Positions 19,846 to 28,629 of a stretch of 64,000 nucleotides of DNA are shown here, piece after piece. Each line of letters opens with the position of its first letter. The first letter of the stretch is position 1. Source of the DNA: a virus; IMG/VR virus record IMGVR_UViG_3300042883_000668, positions 1-64,000 of that record. The stretch is one strand, 5' to 3'. The notes under the pieces were generated by a model, which did not search any database, was not told where the DNA came from, and saw nothing but the letters and a program-made list of their open reading frames with translations. The position numbers were made by a program, and so were the translations under genes.

Positions 19846-21941
19846 TAGTTTTTGCTTGGATTAAATTGGGATTGAGAATTCCTCCTGTTAAATATAAGGT
19901 TTTTTTGGTAAAGTCTTTCTAAGAAATCACCAGACGTTGTTTTCATATCTAATAGCTCTTCTACGTGTATTCTGTGTAGTTCGTATGTTTGCAGTACGCA
20001 TAGCATAACTGCAATAACTCTATCAGTGTTAATATCTCTGTCATATGCTATTAATTCTTTAAGTAAAGGTATTGATTTAATTGTTTGAAATCTACATACT
20101 TTAGTTCCTTCTGTTTCACCACTAACTTCTTCATATAACCACTTTTTAAGATATAACTCACATTGATCTTTAATACCACTTGCTCCATTAGTACCTCTAT
20201 TCATATGAATACCATAACCTCTTTGTACTCTAGAATCTTTAACCATATCTCTAATAATACCAGGTTGTTCACACATATATTGTAAAGCATTCTTTTGTTC
20301 AAAGTATACTTTTAAACCTTTTAACTGGTTCTCATACAATACTTTAGCATTATAATACATACATAACTTTCTACAGTTTTCATAAAATTGTTCTGCAGTA
20401 TCTGGTCTAGAAGTATATTCTGCAACTATAATATCATGAGTTCTATCTGCTCTGTAAAATCTTTTATACACAAAGAATGATCCTAATGAACCAGACTCTG
20501 ACTTATCTTGATCATAAGGGTCACATCCTGCAATGTATAAATAACTAGGTATTTCTCCATTATCTTGTTTTTCAGGATGTTCCCATATTACTGCACAACT
20601 ATCTGTTGTAAAACTTTGACCAGACTTAGGATCTTTTCTTAATGGGAAATCAGTTATATAAATCAACTCATCATTAGGTCGCCATTTAATTTCTCCTTTA
20701 TCAAAGAATAAATCACCTTTTTGAGCTTGACCTCTAAGACTAGGTGTATTTTCTAAATGACCTAACCACTCTAACATTTCTGGTGAACCAAATACATTAC
20801 CTTTATTTCTAAGGAAAGCTTCTTTCCAGTTTAAAGGAAATTGAGTAGTTTCATTATGAATAGCTTTAGGATCTAAACCATTACGCTTACTAATTCTATT
20901 AAATTCAATATCATCTTGTGCAGCTTCATAGTTAGAGTTACCATTTTCATCTGTCATTGGTTGTTTATACCATTTAGAATTAGGATTAAGACACTTACCT
21001 AACCTACCTTTTGTAGCTGAACTAAAGAATCCTATTTTAGAATTAGGATTGAATGGATCTTCAAAAGCTAGCATATTATATTTTTCAGGATTAGTAAACA
21101 TCTCATAAAAATACTTACTACCAGAATCCATATCTCCAGAAGATCCAAATACTAATGCTACTCCTGTATAAGTACTACCATCTTTAATAAGTGGTTCAGT
21201 ATATCCATAAGTATCTGTAATATTGTTAAATACACCTGCCTCATCTAAGATTAACCAGGAAGCACTTAAACCAACTGCTGCAGTAGGATTATCTTTAAAG
21301 GATATTGATCTAACTTCTGAGTTAAATCCTTTCCAAACCTTAACACCATTTACAGTAGCTTGGTATCTAGCTTTAATAAAATCCTTTAAATCAGGATTAC
21401 GTTGTTTTCTAAACTCTGTATTAGTATTAATAAAGTTAGAGTTATCAACTACCATGTTCATTGTATTCTGACTAAATGAACTAAAGAATGCCCCAATTAC
21501 AGCTTTACTGTCTGGGTAGAAATAAAACTCATGAGTACATATTGCTGCTGCTTTGTAAGACCAACCTTGACGTCTACCCTTTACAGCAACTAAAGATTTT
21601 TGATTTATTCTACAATATTCTATCATGTGAAAGAATTCATAATCTAAATCTATAAACCTAGGAAAAATTTTAGATTTCTTTCCAGTCTTTTCATTAAGAC
21701 CTAATATAGGACAAAAGTTTAAATAAAAGAAATGTTGTCCTGTAATTGTTTGACCACAAGAATTAGTAAATCCTTCTATACATATATCTCTAACTTCTTG
21801 CCAGAAGTCTAAGTATTCTATAGTTCCGGGAATAGCACTAGTGTACATTCCTGTTTTATTATACTGTTCAGCTAAGTAACTAAACTCTTTAGTATTCTTA
21901 AATAAGTCTACACAAGTTATATATGGGTTGTCTGCTAACAT
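19845..21941 (-). CDS. terL: Terminase large subunit
   Basis: KGRRQGWSY Walker A-like, LILDEAG Walker B, AGCDPYD and NTDRV nuclease motifs. Confidence 0.92.
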   Translation of the reverse strand: MLADNPYITCVDLFKNTKEFSYLAEQYNKTGMYTSAIPGTIEYLDFWQEVRDICIEGFTNSCGQTITGQHFFYLNFCPILGLNEKTGKKSKIFPRFIDLDYEFFHMIEYCRINQKSLVAVKGRRQGWSYKAAAICTHEFYFYPDSKAVIGAFFSSFSQNTMNMVVDNSNFINTNTEFRKQRNPDLKDFIKARYQATVNGVKVWKGFNSEVRSISFKDNPTAAVGLSASWLILDEAGVFNNITDTYGYTEPLIKDGSTYTGVALVFGSSGDMDSGSKYFYEMFTNPEKYNMLAFEDPFNPNSKIGFFSSATKGRLGKCLNPNSKWYKQPMTDENGNSNYEAAQDDIEFNRISKRNGLDPKAIHNETTQFPLNWKEAFLRNKGNVFGSPEMLEWLGHLENTPSLRGQAQKGDLFFDKGEIKWRPNDELIYITDFPLRKDPKSGQSFTTDSCAVIWEHPEKQDNGEIPSYLYIAGCDPYDQDKSESGSLGSFFVYKRFYRADRTHDIIVAEYTSRPDTAEQFYENCRKLCMYYNAKVLYENQLKGLKVYFEQKNALQYMCEQPGIIRDMVKDSRVQRGYGIHMNRGTNGASGIKDQCELYLKKWLYEEVSGETEGTKVCRFQTIKSIPLLKELIAYDRDINTDRVIAVMLCVLQTYELHRIHVEELLDMKTTSGDFLERLYQKNLIFNRRNSQSQFNPSKN

Positions 21942-22177
21942 ATAGTTCCAGGAATAGGATTTATAGGGTTAGTGTACCACATAGGTGTTGGATTAAAATC
22001 AAAAGGTTTAATTGTACCAAAATCTTGTGGTGGTATATAAGGATAATTTGGAGTAATTTTAGTAAATACTAATTTAAGATGATCTTTAATTATTTGAGTT
22101 TGTTTTTCATCAATAGATTTAGGATCTGCTGTTTCTATAAATCCTTGTAACCAGTATGTAAATTGTTCTGCTGTCAT
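21935..22177 (-). CDS. Hypothetical protein
   Basis: 80 aa; MTAEQFTYWLQGF start typical of a small phage family. Confidence 0.6.
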   Translation of the reverse strand: MTAEQFTYWLQGFIETADPKSIDEKQTQIIKDHLKLVFTKITPNYPYIPPQDFGTIKPFDFNPTPMWYTNPINPIPGTIC

Positions 22178-22192
22178 ATTTTTATATTTTTA

Positions 22193-22711
22193 TTATCCTT
22201 CAAAAAGCCCAAGTGTTGCCTGACCACGAACAGTGTCACCAGATGCTTGCTCCTTTTGGCAGTTATTGAGAGCACTCTGTACAGCTTCCTGCATCTTAGG
22301 CATATCTATAATTGCTTTCTGTATTTTAGTAATACTATCTTCATTGTACTCTGCAGTCATAAAGAATTCTTCCATCTTATTAATAGATTCTTGAACAGCT
22401 CTAAATAACTTCATTGCTGGAGTAGTATTAATCTTTTCATACATTTTAACACATTCTTCTAATTCTTTAGTTACCTTAAACTTATCATCTTTAATGATAT
22501 GACTTAAGATTAACTTAGATCTATCTGTATTACTGTGTTGAAAAAAAGGTGATTTAAATGAAGCATAGTACCAAGTATATTTAATCATATTAAATGCTTG
22601 AGTCTTATCTTTAGATTTATCTTTCTCCCAAATAGATTTAAATGGTTCTATAACCAAACACTCTGGAGCTACTATAATCTTACTATCTATTAAATCTATT
22701 ATTTTAATCAT
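22193..22711 (-). CDS. crAss-like conserved protein (terminase small subunit candidate)
   Basis: 172 aa helical, DKSKDK motif, C-terminal VRG; just upstream of terL. Confidence 0.5.
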   Translation of the reverse strand: MIKIIDLIDSKIIVAPECLVIEPFKSIWEKDKSKDKTQAFNMIKYTWYYASFKSPFFQHSNTDRSKLILSHIIKDDKFKVTKELEECVKMYEKINTTPAMKLFRAVQESINKMEEFFMTAEYNEDSITKIQKAIIDMPKMQEAVQSALNNCQKEQASGDTVRGQATLGLFEG

Positions 22712-23112
22712 TTAATTTTAACTCTTTTAAATTTAGAATATGCTTGCTCAAAGAACTCAAAGTTTTCTGATATAAAATAACCATACATATAAGCATATGG
22801 TTCATTAGGTTGTTTTCTTTGATAGTATATATCTCTAGATTCTAATACTTCCTGTATTAAATGCATTGTTTCATGAGCAATAGTGGCCCAGTATTCTTTC
22901 TTATCTGAAGTATAACCTACTACTAAATAATAGACTTGTCTATCCATTATAGGTGAATTATCTGAATTACAGAATCCTCCCATATTAGATAAATCTTCAT
23001 CTTCTGTAATACCATAAGTATCAGTAAGATGCTTTACTGCTTCATTCATACTATTAGTAACTTGAATACTAACTAAACAATCATATATAGGAATTATTAA
23101 TTCTTTATTCAT
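22708..23112 (-). CDS. Zincin-like metallopeptidase-motif protein
   Basis: TIAHETMH (HExxH) and NEPYAY. Confidence 0.65.
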   Translation of the reverse strand: MNKELIIPIYDCLVSIQVTNSMNEAVKHLTDTYGITEDEDLSNMGGFCNSDNSPIMDRQVYYLVVGYTSDKKEYWATIAHETMHLIQEVLESRDIYYQRKQPNEPYAYMYGYFISENFEFFEQAYSKFKRVKIK

Positions 23113-23378
23113 TTTCCTAATCCTTTAATTACAATTGGTGTAAAATACTTATCTCTCAATTCTTTGTAAGGCATGTTAATTTTATAATATTCTGAATCAT
23201 ATTTAACAGTAGTAAATTTTTTGATAGTAGTACCCCTACTATCAATATGTTCTTCTATCTGCATAGACTCAACTACAAATAACTTTTTTTGAAATACTCT
23301 AAGAGGTGCATATCTAGCAATAGATCTACCTGTTTCACGTACAGGATATTGATTTATAACCTCTAGTTCTATTACCAT
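23109..23378 (-). CDS. Hypothetical protein
   Basis: 89 aa coupled ORF. Confidence 0.55.
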   Translation of the reverse strand: MVIELEVINQYPVRETGRSIARYAPLRVFQKKLFVVESMQIEEHIDSRGTTIKKFTTVKYDSEYYKINMPYKELRDKYFTPIVIKGLGK

Positions 23379-23575
23379 TTTCCCTCAGGACATTTAGAGT
23401 ATTCAGATCTAGTCTTAGCAATTAATGGACAACCACAAGCATCACAAGTATTATTTATATTTTTATCACAAGAACTACAAATAGTAGCTCTGTCTAATGC
23501 CATTTTTTCTATCTCTGGTTTTTCCCAAATAACATTTTTCCAGCCATTTAAGATTTCTTGTAATTTACTCATCAT
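23372..23575 (-). CDS. Small zinc-finger protein
   Basis: RxxICxxC...CxxCGC...K...CPxGKW. Confidence 0.7.
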   Translation of the reverse strand: MMSKLQEILNGWKNVIWEKPEIEKMALDRATICSSCDKNINNTCDACGCPLIAKTRSEYSKCPEGKW

Positions 23576-23798
23576 TTTTTAATTTTAAGCGTTTAGTATA
23601 ATCAGTGTTGTACATTGTAGGTCTAAACTTACCTAGGTAAATTAGTTGAATAACTTTACCCTCTCTGTTAGACATAGTATCTCTTATAACCCTAAATTGT
23701 GAGTCACAAATTCTTTCAAGTTCCATCTTAGACAAGTCAAACTCACTCTTAATTTCATCCAATACTTCTTCATATATATTACTTTTAGTTGAGTTCAT
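23565..23798 (-). CDS. IHF/HU-like DNA-binding protein
   Basis: ELERICDSQFRVIRDTM...IQLIYLGKF resembles HU/IHF fold motif. Confidence 0.6.
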   Translation of the reverse strand: MNSTKSNIYEEVLDEIKSEFDLSKMELERICDSQFRVIRDTMSNREGKVIQLIYLGKFRPTMYNTDYTKRLKLKNDE

Positions 23799-24118
23799 TA
23801 TTCAAAACTTAAATTAACGGAATCATGTTTTAAAATATGCAATATCCAAGGATTAACTTTAAGTGTTAATCTATCTACTTGTTGTAATACTTTCTTAGTA
23901 ACTAGTTTCTTAATATAATTATTAAAATTAAACTTATCCATATTTAAAGTCATACGAACATCAGTTCTAGTGTCCTTATTAATAATAGATATTTGCTTAT
24001 CAGCAATAACAACTAATATATCAATCTCTTTCTCAGTTAAATTACCCATAACAGGATTTAACATTCTAATGATATATTCAGTTTTTTTAGATACTGGTAG
24101 TTTAAGTATATATTCCAT
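23798..24118 (-). CDS. Winged-helix DNA-binding protein
   Basis: LTEKEIDIL...FNNYIKKLVTKKVL...VNP pattern. Confidence 0.55.
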   Translation of the reverse strand: MEYILKLPVSKKTEYIIRMLNPVMGNLTEKEIDILVVIADKQISIINKDTRTDVRMTLNMDKFNFNNYIKKLVTKKVLQQVDRLTLKVNPWILHILKHDSVNLSFE

Positions 24119-24122
24119 ACTA

Positions 24123-24154
24123 CAAATATAACTGATTTGATTATAATAACCAAA
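24123..24154 (-). promoter_or_regulatory. Bacteroidota consensus promoter, probably leaderless transcript
   Basis: TTTG-N20-TATATTTG, 4 nt before ATG at 24118. Confidence 0.75.
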
Positions 24155-24169
24155 TAAATTATATAACTA

Positions 24170-24535
24170 ACTTAGTTATCTACAAGACACAATATTCCCC
24201 TTCTAGATTTTACTCTTCTTGATGGATTAATTATAAACTTATATCTATCTGTCTTTAACCGTTCCTAGTAACTAGGCCACTGCTTACTTTAATCCTGTTA
24301 ATTCAGGGGGATACTTCATACCTCTTGTAGCAGCTATAGAATTTCACTTATAACCTTTTTTGTACCTATCGGAGAAACCTCTGTTCACTATCATTATATG
24401 CATTTAAATATAAAACCCTGATATTCAGGTAAATTATATGTCATTACATATAGAAGTTACTTATACTATCCAACTTCTAACCAGGTGTTAACTTATTAGG
24501 TATTCCCTGGTGACTAACTGTTTAAGTTAGAGTAC
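24170..24535 (-). ncRNA. Candidate large structured non-coding RNA
   Basis: ORF-free; own promoter; many local hairpins plus long-range pairings (24180-24187 with 24323-24330; 24193-24201 with 24305-24313). Confidence 0.6.
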
Positions 24536-24538
24536 ACT

Positions 24539-24570
24539 TAAATATACACTATTTTTAGACAATATGCAAA
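24539..24570 (-). promoter_or_regulatory. Promoter upstream of ncRNA candidate
   Basis: TTTG-N20-TATATTTA. Confidence 0.6.
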
Positions 24571-24580
24571 TTTATTTTAC

Positions 24581-24793
24581 TTATTCTTCAGTTATAGGGG
24601 TAAGCCCTGTAAGTAAGTAAAACTTATTAATCTTTTCAGCCATAATTAACTTATCATTAATCTGATCCATATCTTCATAATCTAGTTTATCATTATAGTG
24701 TTTTTTAGTTACACCCATTTTAAGGTATACTGATCCATCAGGTAAAATACCTTTTACTTGGGAGTCATTAAAATTCTTTGACTTTGTTCTCAT
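24581..24793 (-). CDS. Hypothetical protein
   Basis: 70 aa ORF. Confidence 0.5.
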   Translation of the reverse strand: MRTKSKNFNDSQVKGILPDGSVYLKMGVTKKHYNDKLDYEDMDQINDKLIMAEKINKFYLLTGLTPITEE

Positions 24794-24896
24794 TATTATT
24801 ATTTGTTAATTCCCAGGAAGAGTTATCCCCTAAAATAACCTCAATAGGTTTATCTTCCCAAAACTGTTGTTGTTCATATTCTGATGTACTTGCCAT
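24768..24896 (-). CDS. Small hypothetical protein (42 aa, not in ORF track)
   Basis: MASTSEYEQQQFWEDKPIEVILGDNSSWELTNNNNENKVKEF; TAATG coupling with upstream gene. Confidence 0.45.
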   Translation of the reverse strand: MASTSEYEQQQFWEDKPIEVILGDNSSWELTNNNNENKVKEF

Positions 24897-25108
24897 TACC
24901 AACTAAATTGTTCTTTAGGTCCATTAATAAAATACTCTTGTAATATCTTGTTTCTAGCAATAATATAATCTGATCCTGAACCTTCAACTCTATTAGCAGG
25001 TTTAATTATATCAATATATTCAGCAGTTGTAAGTACATGACTTACATCATTTACAACAATAGTAATATGATCTACATCTGGTTCTCTATATTTAATCTCT
25101 GGTTTCAT
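24896..25108 (-). CDS. Hypothetical protein, first leftward gene
   Basis: 70 aa; promoter directly upstream. Confidence 0.55.
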   Translation of the reverse strand: MKPEIKYREPDVDHITIVVNDVSHVLTTAEYIDIIKPANRVEGSGSDYIIARNKILQEYFINGPKEQFSW

Positions 25109-25112
25109 GTTC

Positions 25113-25144
25113 TAAAGTTACTTATTAACTATCTAATTACCAAA
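25113..25144 (-). promoter_or_regulatory. Promoter, probably leaderless transcript
   Basis: TTTG-N20-TAACTTTA, 4 nt before ATG at 25108. Confidence 0.6.
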
Positions 25145-25203
25145 TAAGTATGGTAAATTAAATGACATAGAATATAGCTTTTTAATAAATTTTTTGTAAA
25201 ATA

Positions 25204-25267
25204 TTTTTTAAAAAATTTTGTGTAGTCGAGGATTTGAAAAAATAGTTTTTTAAAAATTTTTGTGTAG
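25204..25267. repeat. 22-nt imperfect direct repeat at strand switch
   Basis: TTTTTTAAAAAATTTTGTGTAG (25204) and TTTTTTAAAAATTTTTGTGTAG (25246). Confidence 0.7.
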
Positions 25268-25348
25268 GTTAAGATGGGGGACACCCCATGAAAGACTACC
25301 CCTACTAAACTTTGAGAGAAAATGTTTTCTGCTCATAAAATTATCACA

Positions 25349-25633
25349 ATGAAAATCTTATTTAAAGTTTCCGCAATTAATGTTCGTGTTAACACTAAAG
25401 ATAACACTGAATTCACTTCTATCTCTTTATTCAAAGAAGTAAAGAAAGAGATTAATGGTTCTGTCTCTGTTGGTAGAAAATATGCAGAGCATGCATGTGT
25501 TAGTACTACACTAAAAGTTAATGATACATTTACTTTTGACTCAGATGTGTATGATATGGTTAAGCAAGCTTACACTGATGATGAAGGTGTTGAGAAGTTT
25601 GCTAACAAGATTTACTTAAGAGCTGACGCATAG
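25349..25633 (+). CDS. Hypothetical protein, first rightward gene (OB-fold-like possible)
   Basis: Likely start MKILFK; beta-rich; followed by hairpins. Confidence 0.55.
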   Translation: MKILFKVSAINVRVNTKDNTEFTSISLFKEVKKEINGSVSVGRKYAEHACVSTTLKVNDTFTFDSDVYDMVKQAYTDDEGVEKFANKIYLRADA

Positions 25634-25923
25634 CTCGGGGACCTTTGGTCCTTATTTCATAAAGTTAAACCCAGTTAAATGTAATTGGGTTTAATTTTAT
25701 TGAATATAAATAAATTATTTGTTGTAAATGCTTGTAAAGTGTTGGTATCAGTGGGTTACACCTATCACAATATTCAATTCACCTCTTTCTCAATTAACCT
25801 CAATATAATAAACCCTATTATATACATAGCTTAAATAAACTCTTTATGTTCCTTTCATAGAGTATAAACAATGATAAATACAAGGAGTGCATGGTAGCTC
25901 AAACTCAAAAAAATTATAAAATT

Positions 25924-26148
25924 ATGAAAATAGCAGCAATTTATTCAAGTCCATATAATAATCAACACAAAAGATTAGAATTACTAGAAGTTAATCACTT
26001 ACCTAAAAATTCTGTTAATCTTGTAGCTGTTGAAAGATTAGATGGTACAAAAGAAACAGGAGGATTACCTTATTGTATGTATAATAATGAAATTTATCAT
26101 TATAAAAATGGTCAATATTATCATGAAAAATACATGGAAAAATTCTAA
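25924..26148 (+). CDS. Hypothetical protein
   Basis: ORF track; likely start MKIAA after A-rich leader. Confidence 0.5.
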   Translation: MKIAAIYSSPYNNQHKRLELLEVNHLPKNSVNLVAVERLDGTKETGGLPYCMYNNEIYHYKNGQYYHEKYMEKF

Positions 26149-26456
26149 ATTCTTTGAGTTCAGGGGAGATTACTTCAATCCTGAACTTATTTTAACTTAA
26201 TAACTTTCTAAGTTGTTAAAAACACCAGTTTCCATCACTGAACTAACATAGTTATTGTTAGTTATATGGTTTTAAGTGTAAAACATATTCCTAATGCACT
26301 AAAGTTGTAATAGTAGAGAAACGTAAACCTTATACTATACTTAATAGTCGAAAGTAAGGAATTACAACTAAGTGCTTAGGATAAATAAAATCTCTTAACG
26401 GTGGTCGCCTGGAGATTTAAATTAAATAATTATTAACAATCTAAAACTATCTAACA

Positions 26457-26645
26457 ATGAAAAACTTAACTAAAATCTTAATCTACATTGCAATGTTCTT
26501 TGGAACATTCTTTTTATTAGCATTTCTAATTGGAATAATTAGTCAACAAGACTTAATTCATAGTCTACCAACATTCTTATTTTACTCAATATTATTAGGT
26601 TGGTGGATACCATTACCTGTAATATCAGATGAATTTAACAAATAA
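26457..26645 (+). CDS. Small two-TM membrane protein
   Basis: Two hydrophobic segments in 62 aa. Confidence 0.6.
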   Translation: MKNLTKILIYIAMFFGTFFLLAFLIGIISQQDLIHSLPTFLFYSILLGWWIPLPVISDEFNK

Positions 26646-26665
26646 CAATCTAAAACAAAAACCAA

Positions 26666-26809
26666 ATGAAAAAACTAGTGTATTTAACAGTGTGTTACTT
26701 AGTAACAATCGTATGTCTTATAGCAATAACTTCATTAACAAGTTGTGCAAGTAAAAAATCTATAGTTAAGTATAACGTAGATAAATGTCCTACTTGGGCA
26801 AGAAAATAA
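26666..26809 (+). CDS. Small lipoprotein (47 aa, not in ORF track)
   Basis: MKKLVYLTVCYLVTIVCLIAITSLTSCASKK...; LTSC lipobox. Confidence 0.6.
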   Translation: MKKLVYLTVCYLVTIVCLIAITSLTSCASKKSIVKYNVDKCPTWARK

Positions 26810-26828
26810 TCATAAAAACTATCCAATC

Positions 26829-27023
26829 ATGAATTTACTTCAAAAAACTACAAAGAATGGTAGGCCTATTATAAATAAGTCTACTAAATTACCTGAGTAT
26901 CAATTTTCAGTACACAATAGATTAAACACCATTAAGCGTGAATTAGGTTATGTAAATCATAAACCTAGTCATGACCAAATATGGGCATCAATTTGTGTAA
27001 GTGTATCACTTTTAACAACTTAA
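26829..27023 (+). CDS. Hypothetical protein
   Basis: 64 aa ORF. Confidence 0.5.
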   Translation: MNLLQKTTKNGRPIINKSTKLPEYQFSVHNRLNTIKRELGYVNHKPSHDQIWASICVSVSLLTT

Positions 27024-27026
27024 TCA

Positions 27027-27266
27027 ATGGAAACAATCTATTTAATTGCATTCATATCAACATCATGGTATGGATGCAATATACTAGCTGATGTAACATA
27101 TAACAGACATTTATCTGCACATGTTGGATTAGGATTAGTATCAATCATTAGTTTATGGTCAATTATTCCAGCCTTAGCAATAGGAATATTAATTATGTTC
27201 ATAATATATTCAGGTTTAATACTTGGATTATATATTGAATCTAAAAAATCTAAACGTCATGCTTAA
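27027..27266 (+). CDS. Small membrane protein
   Basis: 79 aa, largely hydrophobic. Confidence 0.55.
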   Translation: METIYLIAFISTSWYGCNILADVTYNRHLSAHVGLGLVSIISLWSIIPALAIGILIMFIIYSGLILGLYIESKKSKRHA

Positions 27267-27541
27267 TGTAACACCACAAGAAATTGCATATGTAAAATTT
27301 GTGCAATATTGGTTAGCTTTAGAAGCTAAACTTAATGTAATAACAATGTCTTAACAATATTCAACAATTAATAAGCTCTCATATAATCTAATTAGCTATT
27401 TATAGCACTCTGGCATAGCCAATATATTAGTTATATCATCTTATTAATTGTTAAATAGCCCTTATATGAGCTAAAATCATATAACAAAATCAAATAAATA
27501 AATCAATTAAAAATCAATTAACAATTTAAAAAACAAAAATT

Positions 27542-27988
27542 ATGAAAAATTCAGTAGTAGTGATCGCAAACAAAACAACAGGTTTAGTATTTAATTCAAC
27601 AGGAATCAGTGCAAAAGATGGTAAAGAGTATGGATGGTACACAGTACAATCTACATTTGTAGACAGAAGTGGTGCATTAGACAAAGTAACTGTATTATCA
27701 GCACTTCGTTCAACTAGTGCAGAAGCATTTAATGCAATGCCATTAGTAGCAGGTGAGATTTTAGATGGTAAAATTGTAATTAAAGAATCTACAACTAAGA
27801 ATCCATTCCGTGCAAATCAAGAGCCTAAGCGTAAAGGCAAAGATGGTGGTATCTTATTATTTAATGGTCAACCAATCTATCGTGAAACAGAATTCACAAG
27901 TGATTTAAATGCACAAAATGTGTTAGTAGCTTACACAAGTGAAGCACCAGTTGCAGCTTCAACAGCTTCAGCAAAACTTAATGCATAA
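27542..27988 (+). CDS. crAss-like conserved protein (SSB-like candidate)
   Basis: LDGKIVIKES...PK..G..G..L..NGQPIYR.T.F motif; high-expression codon bias. Confidence 0.55.
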   Translation: MKNSVVVIANKTTGLVFNSTGISAKDGKEYGWYTVQSTFVDRSGALDKVTVLSALRSTSAEAFNAMPLVAGEILDGKIVIKESTTKNPFRANQEPKRKGKDGGILLFNGQPIYRETEFTSDLNAQNVLVAYTSEAPVAASTASAKLNA

Positions 27989-28000
27989 TTAAGTTAAACA

Positions 28001-28074
28001 GTATGATATAGCTCGTTGTGTATGAGCACCTGATATTAATCAGGAGGTAGTGGGTTCAATTCCCACTATCATAC
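28001..28074 (+). tRNA. tRNA-like element with 6-nt anticodon loop (identity undetermined)
   Basis: Acceptor GTATGATA/TATCATAC, D-stem GCTC/GAGC, AC stem CCTGA/TCAGG with loop TATTAA, T-arm GTGGG-TTCAATT-CCCAC. Confidence 0.7.
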
Positions 28075-28119
28075 CTTATTTGTATAAATAGTTTATACAA
28101 TAATTTAAAAATAATAAAA

Positions 28120-28629
28120 ATGAATACAATTTGGAAACCTTTAAAAAACTTTGAAAATACACATTTAATATCTAATAATGGTGATATTAAAAAATTAATA
28201 GATGATACAATTTTAAATAAATTAATACATACTAGAGGATATTTAAGTGTATCATTTAGAGTAAATAATATAAAATATCATTTATTAATACATAGATTAT
28301 TAGCTATTAATTTTATTAATAATCCTAATAATTATTCTCAAGTTAATCATATTAATGGTATTAAAACAGATAACAGATTAGAAAATTTAGAATGGTGTTC
28401 ACCTAGTCAAAATATGAAACATGCTTTTAAAACAGGACTAAATAAACAATCAGATTTTCAAAAAGAAGTTTTAAGACAAAGAGTTTCTAAAAAAGTAATA
28501 AATATTGAAACAAATGAAATATTTAATTCAGTTAAATTAGCTGCTGAAAAATATAACATACATCCTTCAGTATTAGCGTCTAAATTAAGAGGTGAAAAAA
28601 AGAATAATACACCTTTAAAATACTTGTAG
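28120..28629 (+). CDS. NUMOD4-HNH homing endonuclease
   Basis: IWKPL..ISNNG; HRLLA..FI.N; VNHINGIKTDNRLENLEWC. Confidence 0.9.
   Translation: MNTIWKPLKNFENTHLISNNGDIKKLIDDTILNKLIHTRGYLSVSFRVNNIKYHLLIHRLLAINFINNPNNYSQVNHINGIKTDNRLENLEWCSPSQNMKHAFKTGLNKQSDFQKEVLRQRVSKKVINIETNEIFNSVKLAAEKYNIHPSVLASKLRGEKKNNTPLKYL

Noticed and set aside
26289-26391. Hammerhead ribozyme
   Set aside because: GAAA present but no CUGANGA core in a suitable position
28034-28039. Ochre suppressor (TTA anticodon) reading of the first tRNA-like element
   Set aside because: Loop has 6 nt and TTA is not preceded by U33; TAA is the dominant stop codon
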